A stretch of DNA of 64,000 nt from Euryarchaeota archaeon UBA89 (GTDB lineage Archaea; Thermoplasmatota; Poseidoniia; Poseidoniales; Thalassarchaeaceae): positions 19,103-83,102 of the forward strand of contig DAFS01000037.1 of NCBI GenBank assembly GCA_002495525.1. The letters are read 5' to 3'. Below the pieces are notes generated by a model that saw only the letters and a list, made by a program, of their open reading frames with translations, ran no database searches and was not told the DNA's origin. Below, piece by piece: positions 26,379-35,089 of this stretch. Numbering within the stretch: the stretch's first letter is position 1; each line of letters starts with the position of its first letter. Position numbers and translations under genes: made by a program.

Positions 26379-29300
26379 ATGTCGAACAATCAGTCTTCTC
26401 AAAAGAATCTCGCGGTTAGTATTTGTATACTCTTTCTATTGGTTCCTTTGTTAGGAATTATCGAATTTCCGGAAGATATAGAAATTAGTGAAGATACAGA
26501 GTTTTCATCAGTAGTTAGAACCTCTAGTGCCATGAATTCTCCGGGTTCTGAAAGAGGAAGTGTATTCACTAATTCAGTATTAGAACTTAATGCGGGCTCT
26601 CCTACTTTAGTTCTTAATAATGGGTCTTTAGTTTCCTTTGATAATGGTTCTCCAATTTTCTCAGAAGGCAATGTCATTTCTATTTCGGGCCAATGTTCAC
26701 TTTTGTCAAATTTCAGTCTTTTCTGTTCAGGAATTAATAACTACGGGCAACTCGGATTAGGTGATCAGCAATTATTGAGTGGATACGTTGATTTTGGTAA
26801 TAAAATCCCTGCGGCTTTATCAGAAGGAAATAATCACTATTGCGCTATCTTGGATGACGGTTCTGTTTCTTGCTGGGGGAGAAATAACAATGGCCAACTT
26901 GGAGATGGTACAAATGCAAATAGAAATTCTCCGGTTTCAGTTAATCTTGGTACCAATAAAACAGCAGTTTCTATTTCTAGCAGTAATGACTTCTCTTGTG
27001 TATTACTGAATACAGGAGAGATTTCTTGCTGGGGTGACAATTCATACGGAATTCTTGCCGATGGCACAACATCGAATAGTAATTCTCCAGTAATTGTTAA
27101 TCATTCAGTAGGTGAAAGGGCAGTTTCAATCGCCACTCCAGGATATAGTGTATGTGCAATATTTTCTTCGGGCAATATTAGTTGCTGGGGAGAATCGTAT
27201 ACGATTTCTTCCTCTAATAGTAATTTGATAAGTGGTTCAATTTCAATAACTCTTCCATCAAATAGAACTGCTATTTCACTTGATGGAACTGGTTCTCATG
27301 TTTGTACAATCCTAGATAATAATTCAATTAATTGTTGGGGATTAAACACCTATGGACAATTAGGGAATGGGGAGTGTTCATCTGTTATTCCAAGTAGTGG
27401 ATGTACCGGAACTAATGCTAATTCTCCTCAATACGTGAATCTTTCAAATGTTATCGCGATATCATCAGGTTCCGATTCTACCTGTTCGATTAATACTAAT
27501 TATCAATTATATTGCTGGGGTAAACAAGAACAGATATTTGATAATACTTCTAATTCTAAATTATCACCATATCTGATGAACTTTAGTGCCTCTGATGTTT
27601 CTTATTCTGATCAAGATATGGATGGAGATGGTATCGTCAACGATTTGGATGTTCACATGTCTGGCGATGATGATGGTGATGGAGTGCCTTCACCTACCGA
27701 TCCTTATCCTAGTAATCCTGCTAGATGGATGGATTGTGAACTTGGATCTTGGGGTAGAATTGATTGTACAGAATCATCTTTGGGGCACTTCTCATTATTT
27801 TCAGCATTATATCAATCTGAATGCGATTTAGGCGAGTATCAACATCAAACCGGAAAATCATATTGTAACCAAGCTTCAGCCGGACATTATGTCGATTCTA
27901 TCGCATCTGCAAATCAGTCAATTTGTCCCGAGGGTTACTATCAAAATCAAATCCATTCATCATCATGTGTTATTTCTAATCCCGGTAGTTTTGTATCTTT
28001 GACCACAGGCGATGCTGGAAATACCAATACCTCCTCATATAACCTTAGCTCAACTAGCGCAAGTTATACTGGTCGTATCGGTAATCAATATGATAATTAT
28101 GATTATTACAACATTAATATTGCGAAGTTTCACCATATTTCAGTAAGTATTGAATCATCAAATGCTGAAGTGAATATCTCACTTTATGATCAATCAATGG
28201 TTCTTCTAGACATTAACAACTCTTTATCTGCTGAACCTATTGTATCTACTAATCTAACTTCAAGTTCTTCCACACGTAATATTTTTATTGTGATTGAGAA
28301 AGTTAACTCGACTGGAGATTATCATATGAATCTAACATACTATACTTCAGATGGTTCTAATGTGATTGGAGATATTTTTAATCTTATAGATTCAGAAATT
28401 GGTGTAGATGAGTCACTATGTTCTGCTGGAACATTTGAGTCAGGATTTGGAAGTTCTTCATGTACAGCAGCAGCACAAGGATATTTTGTACCTAATGCTG
28501 GTTCAATATCTCAAACACCATGTTCACCGGGTACATATCAGGGATTGTCAGGGCAAACGAGTTGCTTGAACACCTCTCCTGGATATTATACTGCTGCTTA
28601 TGGTTCTTTTATTCCGACACCTGCTTCTTTAGGTTATTATGTTAATACAACAGGCGCTACTAACCAAATTGCTTGTTTACCTGGGACGTATCAAAATCAA
28701 ACCGCTCAGACTAGTTGTATCGATACAGATGCAGGATATTTTACTTCTTCATCTGGTTCTCCAGCACAGATACCTTGCTCTAATGGAACATATCAACCCA
28801 ATACTAATCAAGAATCTTGTATTCTTTCTTCTCCAGGCTATCATGTTCCTAACAATGCATCTTCTACTCAGATACCTTGTAATCCTGGAACATATCAGCC
28901 ATTTTCGGGACGTTCAGACTGTATTGATGCGAGCCCGGGATATTATGCTTCTTTAGCAGCATCAACAAACCAATCTCCTTGTGAAATAGGTAGTTTTCAA
29001 CCAAATTCTGGTCAGATTAGGTGTCTTGCAGCTGACCCAGGTCATTTTGTAGATACTAATGCCTCAGTTACTCAAACTGCGTGCGACTTAGGAACATACC
29101 AGCCTTATTCTTCTAGCTCGAGTTGTTTCGATGCGGGTCCCGGGCATTATGTAGATTCAACAGGCTCATCATCACAAATTGCTTGTTTAATTGGGACTTA
29201 TAATCCTAATATTGCTTCTAATAGTTCAACATCTTGTTTAGAGTCTGAACAAGGTTATTACGTTCCAAATAATGGTTCATCAGTACAATTAGTTTGTTTG

Positions 29301-31157
29301 CCAGGGACTTATCAGCCTAATTTTGCCCAATCTTCTTGTATAGATGCAGATTCAGGATATTACGTTGATTCATATCAAGCAATTAGTCAAGAACCGTGTT
29401 CATTAGGTACTTACCAGCCACAAGCCGCACAAATCGGTTGTTATGGAGCAGATCCTGGTCATTATGTCGATTTACCTGCTGCTGCGATTCAAACTCCTTG
29501 TCCAGCCGGTTTTTACAACCCCTCTTCTTTATCGACAAACTCTGAATCATGTATTAGTGCGGATCTAGGATATTTTGTCCCATCAGAGGGGTCATCTTCA
29601 CAATTTATCTGTTTGGAAGGTACTTACCAGTCATCTGAAGGTCAATCATCATGTATAGATTCTCCAGAAGGAGCATATGTAATGAATCCGGGACAATCAG
29701 AATTTATTGAATGTCTGGAAGGAACATTTCAACCTAATGCAAAGTCGGTAAATTGTTTAGACGCAGAAATTGGGCATTTCTCATCAGGAAAGATGTCAAT
29801 CAGTCAGATACCTTGTCCAGCGGGAACTTATCAGCCTAATTCTGGTCAATCTTCATGTCTAGATGCAGATATCGGTTACTATGTTTCCTCAGAAGGTCAA
29901 TCTTCTCAAGAGATTAATCCATTTGATTTCTATACCGATTCTCCCGGTAGTTCTTTTCTCACCCAATGTCCAAGCAACTATATTACAATAATTGAGGGTG
30001 CAACATCGATTAATAATTGCCTATTAGATTCTGATTCAGATAGGATTATTGATGAAGATGATATTGATGATGATGGTGATGGTAGGTTAGATTCTGTAGA
30101 TTCTTGTAGCCCTGGAGTAATTGGTTGGATTAGTAATTCAACGACAGATATTGATGGTGATGGATGTAAAGATGATATTGAGGATTCCGATGATGATAAT
30201 GATTCAATTTTAGATCAATACGATGCTTTCCCTCTCGATTCAAGTGAATCTATTGATACAGATTCCGATGGGATTGGTGATAACCAAGATACAGACGATG
30301 ATGGAGATGGTTGGTCTGATTTGCAAGAATCTACTTGTGAAACGGATTCATTAATATCTCAGTCCGTACCTATTGACACAGATTCTGATGGAGAATGTGA
30401 CATTGCAGACTCAGATGATGATGGAGATGGTGAATTGGATGTAAGTGATTGGGCTCCATTAGATGCTAATGAGTGGCTTGATACTGATGGAGATGGCATT
30501 GGTAACAATGCCGATAGTGATGACGATAACGATGGCTGGTCAGATATTAAAGAAATTGAAGAAGGTACTAATCCCCTTCTTCCAGACACAGATACAGATT
30601 CTTATATCGATTCTAATGATGAATTCCCTAATGATATTTCAGAATGGATTGATTCAGACGATGATGGAGTAGGAGATAACTCAGATTCTCATCCTGGTAT
30701 CAAATATTTCCAAACCAACCTACAATTTATATTAGCAATTTCTGGAGGAGTTATATTACTAGCTGTATTTGGCTATCTAGCTGTCATTACCCTGCGTAGG
30801 AAGCCTGAAAATATCAGTGAATCAAAACCTGAAGAAAATGAATTAATTGAAGTTGATTATCCTCATGAAGGAATGTCAGAGCCTAATGCTGAATTAGAAA
30901 ATAATAATTTAGTAGAGGATTCTTCTGAAGAAGAAACAGAAGTTGTCAGAGATACTTCTCACATTGATGCTTTGCTTAATGAGTTGCCAACTCCTCCAAA
31001 ACCTCAGGTTATATCGCCACCTGAAGGAACACCTGTGAACGAATACGGGCAAAGAGTATGGGCGGATGAGACGGGTCAAGTTTGGTGCTTAAATTCTGAT
31101 GGTTCAATATTAAGGCATGATGCCGCAACTGGCGGATGGGTTCAATATCATAACTAA
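26379..31157 (+). CDS. Giant (1,592 aa) type-I surface protein: RCC1-like repeats, ephrin-receptor-like Cys repeats, a PPC-like domain, thrombospondin type-3-like Ca-binding repeats, a TM and a cytoplasmic tail
   Basis: It starts with a signal anchor. RCC1-type blades (SCWGRNNNGQLGDGT, SCWGDNSYGILADGT, NCWGLNTYGQLGNG) span about 26700-27540. C-x-x-G-T-Y-Q repeats lie at 27730-27990 and 28419-30020. A PPC-like beta-sandwich spans about 28070-28345. DxDxDGxxDxxD repeats lie at 30021-30696. The TM is at 30724-30793 and the tail is 121 aa. Confidence 0.85.
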   Translation: MSNNQSSQKNLAVSICILFLLVPLLGIIEFPEDIEISEDTEFSSVVRTSSAMNSPGSERGSVFTNSVLELNAGSPTLVLNNGSLVSFDNGSPIFSEGNVISISGQCSLLSNFSLFCSGINNYGQLGLGDQQLLSGYVDFGNKIPAALSEGNNHYCAILDDGSVSCWGRNNNGQLGDGTNANRNSPVSVNLGTNKTAVSISSSNDFSCVLLNTGEISCWGDNSYGILADGTTSNSNSPVIVNHSVGERAVSIATPGYSVCAIFSSGNISCWGESYTISSSNSNLISGSISITLPSNRTAISLDGTGSHVCTILDNNSINCWGLNTYGQLGNGECSSVIPSSGCTGTNANSPQYVNLSNVIAISSGSDSTCSINTNYQLYCWGKQEQIFDNTSNSKLSPYLMNFSASDVSYSDQDMDGDGIVNDLDVHMSGDDDGDGVPSPTDPYPSNPARWMDCELGSWGRIDCTESSLGHFSLFSALYQSECDLGEYQHQTGKSYCNQASAGHYVDSIASANQSICPEGYYQNQIHSSSCVISNPGSFVSLTTGDAGNTNTSSYNLSSTSASYTGRIGNQYDNYDYYNINIAKFHHISVSIESSNAEVNISLYDQSMVLLDINNSLSAEPIVSTNLTSSSSTRNIFIVIEKVNSTGDYHMNLTYYTSDGSNVIGDIFNLIDSEIGVDESLCSAGTFESGFGSSSCTAAAQGYFVPNAGSISQTPCSPGTYQGLSGQTSCLNTSPGYYTAAYGSFIPTPASLGYYVNTTGATNQIACLPGTYQNQTAQTSCIDTDAGYFTSSSGSPAQIPCSNGTYQPNTNQESCILSSPGYHVPNNASSTQIPCNPGTYQPFSGRSDCIDASPGYYASLAASTNQSPCEIGSFQPNSGQIRCLAADPGHFVDTNASVTQTACDLGTYQPYSSSSSCFDAGPGHYVDSTGSSSQIACLIGTYNPNIASNSSTSCLESEQGYYVPNNGSSVQLVCLPGTYQPNFAQSSCIDADSGYYVDSYQAISQEPCSLGTYQPQAAQIGCYGADPGHYVDLPAAAIQTPCPAGFYNPSSLSTNSESCISADLGYFVPSEGSSSQFICLEGTYQSSEGQSSCIDSPEGAYVMNPGQSEFIECLEGTFQPNAKSVNCLDAEIGHFSSGKMSISQIPCPAGTYQPNSGQSSCLDADIGYYVSSEGQSSQEINPFDFYTDSPGSSFLTQCPSNYITIIEGATSINNCLLDSDSDRIIDEDDIDDDGDGRLDSVDSCSPGVIGWISNSTTDIDGDGCKDDIEDSDDDNDSILDQYDAFPLDSSESIDTDSDGIGDNQDTDDDGDGWSDLQESTCETDSLISQSVPIDTDSDGECDIADSDDDGDGELDVSDWAPLDANEWLDTDGDGIGNNADSDDDNDGWSDIKEIEEGTNPLLPDTDTDSYIDSNDEFPNDISEWIDSDDDGVGDNSDSHPGIKYFQTNLQFILAISGGVILLAVFGYLAVITLRRKPENISESKPEENELIEVDYPHEGMSEPNAELENNNLVEDSSEEETEVVRDTSHIDALLNELPTPPKPQVISPPEGTPVNEYGQRVWADETGQVWCLNSDGSILRHDAATGGWVQYHN
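28419..30020 (+). repeat. Degenerate in-frame tandem repeat with a 34-codon period made of two alternating 17-codon half-units
   Basis: Half-unit A is C-x-(P/x)-G-T-Y-Q-x3-(G/A)-Q-(S/T)-S. Half-unit B is C-x4-G-Y-(Y/F)-V-x3-G-S-x-(S/T)-Q. I counted about 14 GT(Y/F)(Q/N) cores by eye. Confidence 0.75.
30021..30696 (+). repeat. Array of Asp-rich calcium-binding repeats (thrombospondin type-3-like)
   Basis: DTDSDGIGDNQD, DTDDDGDGWSD, DTDSDGECDIADSDDDGDGELD, DTDGDGIGNNADSDDDNDGWSD and DSDDDGVGDNSD recur. The DNA shows a recurring GAYGAYGATGGAGATGG core. Confidence 0.75.
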
Positions 31158-31159
31158 TA

Positions 31160-32140
31160 TTAGAATTGTATAACGTTAGCACCCCATGCTAAACCGCCAC
31201 CGAAAGCTGCTGTAACTATCAAATCACCATTATTAATTAGTCCCTTTTCCATTGCTTCTTTCATTGCAATGGGTACACTCGCACCTGCTGTATTACCATA
31301 TTTATGTAAATTAGTGTAGGTTTTTTCCATTCCAAGGCCTAATTTCTCCATTCCTGTTTTGATAATGTTAATATTTGCTTGATGAGGGATCACTAAATCA
31401 ACATCCTCAATACTTTTCCCTGCTCTACGTAATGATTCATTCACTGCTTGAGGAAAAGCATCTATGGCGAAATTCCATACTGCTCTCCCATCCATATGGA
31501 AATATTGTGCACCTTCTACAAATTCATCTGAATCAAATGGTGTTCTCACTCCTCCAGCTGGTATTTCTATTACAGATGAACCAGATCCATCAGACATTAG
31601 CCATGAACTAATGATTCCCTTTCCTTCCTTAACCTCAGACAATACGGCTGCCCCTGCTCCATCTCCAAACAATACACAGGTCGCTCTATCTTTCCAGTTC
31701 AATATTCGTGAGTAAATTTCTGAACCAACAACGAGGACATTTCGATAATCATTTGTGCCTACATATCTACTCCCTATATCTAACGCATGAATCCATCCAG
31801 CACATACTGCATTGATATCAAAAGCCGCACAATCAGTACATCCTAATTTATCTTGAATTATTCCAGCAGTAGATGATAATGGCACATCAGGAGATGAGGT
31901 TGCCAGAATGATTAAATCAATATCTCTAGGTTTTAATTTAGCATCATCTAAAGCCTGTCTACACGCTTCTACTGCCAGATCTGAAGTACATACATCGGAA
32001 CTGGCAATCCTTCTTTTTTTCATTCCTGTTTTTGTAGTAATCCATTCGTCACTTGTGTCTACATATTCCATCCAGTCTTCATTACTCATTTCATTTGGTG
32101 GTACATATGCTCCCAATCCAATAATGCCAACCGATACCAT
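31160..32140 (-). CDS. fabH: 3-oxoacyl-ACP synthase III (FabH)-like condensing enzyme
   Basis: The Cys-His-Asn triad contexts are AVCAGWIHAL, IPHQANINII and YGNTAGASVP. The length (326 aa) is typical. Confidence 0.85.
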   Translation of the reverse strand: MVSVGIIGLGAYVPPNEMSNEDWMEYVDTSDEWITTKTGMKKRRIASSDVCTSDLAVEACRQALDDAKLKPRDIDLIILATSSPDVPLSSTAGIIQDKLGCTDCAAFDINAVCAGWIHALDIGSRYVGTNDYRNVLVVGSEIYSRILNWKDRATCVLFGDGAGAAVLSEVKEGKGIISSWLMSDGSGSSVIEIPAGGVRTPFDSDEFVEGAQYFHMDGRAVWNFAIDAFPQAVNESLRRAGKSIEDVDLVIPHQANINIIKTGMEKLGLGMEKTYTNLHKYGNTAGASVPIAMKEAMEKGLINNGDLIVTAAFGGGLAWGANVIQF

Positions 32141-32272
32141 ATTCTACTCTATGCCGGATAACTATACTTTCAGTCTTACCCTATATTTTTGGAGAAAAGT
32201 AGTATTAGTTTATACGAGCATTAGTACCATATGTAAGCCAAACATGAAATCTAAGGAGCGTTTCATAGATGC

Positions 32273-33634
32273 ATGGCGTCGTTTGGAGACCATCCTTTAC
32301 TACCGGATTCATTAGAATCTATTTTGGTAGACGAATCAGTGTCAACAATCTTTCTTAAAGCAGAATGTAAACCTCGAGTAAAGAGTGGGCATATATCTTC
32401 TTTGAGCCTAAATGAATTAGATCTAGAAGTTTGGGATAAACCAAATTTATTGACTCTTTCAGAAGATCTTTCGTTAATTATTGATCAGAATTCTACCCGC
32501 TCTGATTGTTTCATAGAGATAGAACGTGAAGGTTGTAAAGTCATGCAAATAGGCGATCTTCGTGTGAGTTGTGCTTGGCCACCTTTCTCAGATGCTTGGG
32601 AAATAACTGTTGTCAGACCTGTAGCAAATCTACAATTATCAGACTACAAATTAGATGATGAACTTGTGAATAGATTATCTAACCATCATCGTGGCGTATT
32701 CGTAGTGGGTAAACCAGGTTCTGGTAAGACCACTTTCGCACAAGCTATTGCCTCATATTTAGATTCAGAGATGGGAGCAATGGTGAAGACTATGGAATCT
32801 CCTAGAGACTTACAAGTACCACAAAGAGTCACTCAATACGCGCCTTTAGAAGGTGACTTAGAAAAAACAGCAGAGATTATTTTCTTACTAAGGCCAGATT
32901 TTGTAATATTTGACGAAGTTCGTCGTGCTAGGGATTTCGAGATATTTGGTGATGTACGTTTAGCAGGAGTAGGACTTCTGGGGGTAACTCATGCTAATAG
33001 TGGATTACAAGCAATTCAAAGATTAGTCGGAAAAGTTGAGTTAGGCTTAATTTCTCAAGTTCTTGACACAGTAATCCATATTGAAAAAGGAAAAATAAAT
33101 CAAGTATTAGAATTAAAGATGGTTGTCAGAGCTCCGTCAGGGATGGAATCAGATTTGAGTCGTCCAGTTATTGAAATCAGAGAGTTCCCTTCTAATCGTT
33201 TGACTCATGAAATGTTTGCTTTTGGTTCTGAAATTGCAGTAGTTCCCGTTAATGCTTCTAATGAAGAAGGAGGAAGCCCTGCTTGGAAATTGGCTGCAGA
33301 AGAACTCAAGAGAGAGGCTACAAGACTTACAGGTATAACTGTCAAACATGCAAAATTTGTTACTGATTCTGCTGCTGTAATTTACATTGATGATTCTGCT
33401 ATAGGTTCTATGATTGGACCAGGAGGAGAAGGAATTCGTAGACTCGAACAAGATTTAGGTCTGAAATTAGATGTTAATTCAGTACAAGAGCTTCCTAGAG
33501 GTCTAAGGAAGAAATTACAAAAAAATAGTGATTCTAATTTTGATGCTAGCGCATGGTCGAATAAACCTGGAAGAAATTGGGAATATAATTCAGGGAAATC
33601 AAAACGAGGTAAAGGCAGAAAGGGCCGCCGATGA
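32273..33634 (+). CDS. PilT-like P-loop ATPase with a C-terminal KH domain and basic tail (COG1855-like, apparently lacking the PIN domain)
   Basis: It has Walker A GKPGSGKTTFAQ, Walker B VIFDEVR, KH GxxG (IGSMIGPGGEGIRRLEQDLGLKLDV) and the tail SGKSKRGKGRKGRR. Confidence 0.7.
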   Translation: MASFGDHPLLPDSLESILVDESVSTIFLKAECKPRVKSGHISSLSLNELDLEVWDKPNLLTLSEDLSLIIDQNSTRSDCFIEIEREGCKVMQIGDLRVSCAWPPFSDAWEITVVRPVANLQLSDYKLDDELVNRLSNHHRGVFVVGKPGSGKTTFAQAIASYLDSEMGAMVKTMESPRDLQVPQRVTQYAPLEGDLEKTAEIIFLLRPDFVIFDEVRRARDFEIFGDVRLAGVGLLGVTHANSGLQAIQRLVGKVELGLISQVLDTVIHIEKGKINQVLELKMVVRAPSGMESDLSRPVIEIREFPSNRLTHEMFAFGSEIAVVPVNASNEEGGSPAWKLAAEELKREATRLTGITVKHAKFVTDSAAVIYIDDSAIGSMIGPGGEGIRRLEQDLGLKLDVNSVQELPRGLRKKLQKNSDSNFDASAWSNKPGRNWEYNSGKSKRGKGRKGRR

Positions 33635-35089
33635 TTATTTGTGTTTTGTACAAATATTCATAGCTTCAGAGAAGAAACTTAAACTCCATCTTCCTCCTTC
33701 TCTACCAACTCCCGAATCTTTTACTCCTCCAAATGGGACTCTTAAATCTCTATGTAGCCACGTATTAATCCAAATCATTCCTGTATGTATTGATTCTGCA
33801 ACTCTATTACCCTTTTCAAGATCATTAGTCCAAATGCTTCCTGCTAAGCCATATCTGGTATTATTAGCAATTTCAATGGCCTCCTTTTCATTAGTAAATT
33901 TATGAATAGTAACTACTGGTCCAAATATCTCTTCCGTTGAACAACGAGAATTAACATCCAAATCAGCAATTACTGTTGGAGAAATCCAATTTCCATTTTC
34001 ATATTCTTTCGAAAGATTAGGATAACCTCCGGTAAGTATCGTTCCTCCTTCTTCTTTGGCTATTTCGATATATTCTTCAATTTTTGAAAGGTGTTGGGGT
34101 GAAATCAATGCACCTAACTTTGTATTTTCGTCAGAGGGGTCCCCAATTTTCATACTTTCAACCTCTGAAATAAATTTTTCTACAAATTCTTCATATATTT
34201 TTTCTTGAACTAGGATTCTACTACCGCAAAGGCAAACCTGACCCTGATTAAGGAAACCAGATCTCACTACTCCTTTGACTGTGTTTTCAAGATCGCAATC
34301 ATCAAAAATTATACTCGCATTTTTACCCCCTAACTCTAAGCTTAATTTTTTGAAAGAACTTGCAGCCGACTTAGCAACTATGGAACCCGTTGAAGTTCCT
34401 CCAGTGAATGAAACTAAGGATACATTTTCATGCGAAACTAGTGGTGAACCGGCACCCATTCCATCTCCATGAACCAGATTAACTACTCCTTTCGGTAACC
34501 CGATTTCATCTACAGTTTTCATAAGTAAATCTGCAGTTAGGGGTGTCATTTCACTCGGCTTACAAACTACTGTATTCCCCATTCCTATTGCGGGAGCAAC
34601 TTTCCATGAAAGTAAGTAAAGTGGTAAGTTCCATGGAGTAATTAGAGCCCCTACTCCAACCGGTTTGTATATCACTCTATTAGTGGCATCTTCCATATCA
34701 AATATTTCAATATCTAGATTTCTAATCATTTCTGCAAAAAATCTAAAGTTTTTAACTGAACGATAAGCATCTACTTCTCTAGCCAAACTGATTGGTTTTC
34801 CAGTATCTTTACTCTCCAATCTCGCAATTTCTTCGTATTTGGTTTCTAATTTGTCTGCTATTTTATCTAGCCAATTTGCCCTATCTATATTTGTTAGTGA
34901 AGACCAAGATGGTAAAGCTTTCTTTGCAGCATCAACTGCCATATTTATGTCATTTTGACCTGATTTCGGTACTAATGCAATAACTTCTCCGGTAGCAGGG
35001 GAGAAATCTTCTAACCATTCCCCTGTATCTGGTTCAATAAATTTCCCAGATATATAATTCAGGAGATTCAATTCATCATCTCCTGTCAT
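33635..35089 (-). CDS. NAD(P)-dependent aldehyde dehydrogenase
   Basis: It has LELGGKNASIIF (catalytic Glu), FLNQGQVCLCGSRILV (catalytic Cys) and EEIFGPV. Confidence 0.9.
   Translation of the reverse strand: MTGDDELNLLNYISGKFIEPDTGEWLEDFSPATGEVIALVPKSGQNDINMAVDAAKKALPSWSSLTNIDRANWLDKIADKLETKYEEIARLESKDTGKPISLAREVDAYRSVKNFRFFAEMIRNLDIEIFDMEDATNRVIYKPVGVGALITPWNLPLYLLSWKVAPAIGMGNTVVCKPSEMTPLTADLLMKTVDEIGLPKGVVNLVHGDGMGAGSPLVSHENVSLVSFTGGTSTGSIVAKSAASSFKKLSLELGGKNASIIFDDCDLENTVKGVVRSGFLNQGQVCLCGSRILVQEKIYEEFVEKFISEVESMKIGDPSDENTKLGALISPQHLSKIEEYIEIAKEEGGTILTGGYPNLSKEYENGNWISPTVIADLDVNSRCSTEEIFGPVVTIHKFTNEKEAIEIANNTRYGLAGSIWTNDLEKGNRVAESIHTGMIWINTWLHRDLRVPFGGVKDSGVGREGGRWSLSFFSEAMNICTKHK

Noticed and set aside
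30021-30696. Repetitive GAT/GAC-rich DNA that might look like a tandem repeat or CRISPR-like array
   Set aside because: The repeats are in-frame, degenerate and unevenly spaced, and they encode DxDxDG calcium-binding loops within one long ORF. There is no repeat-spacer structure.
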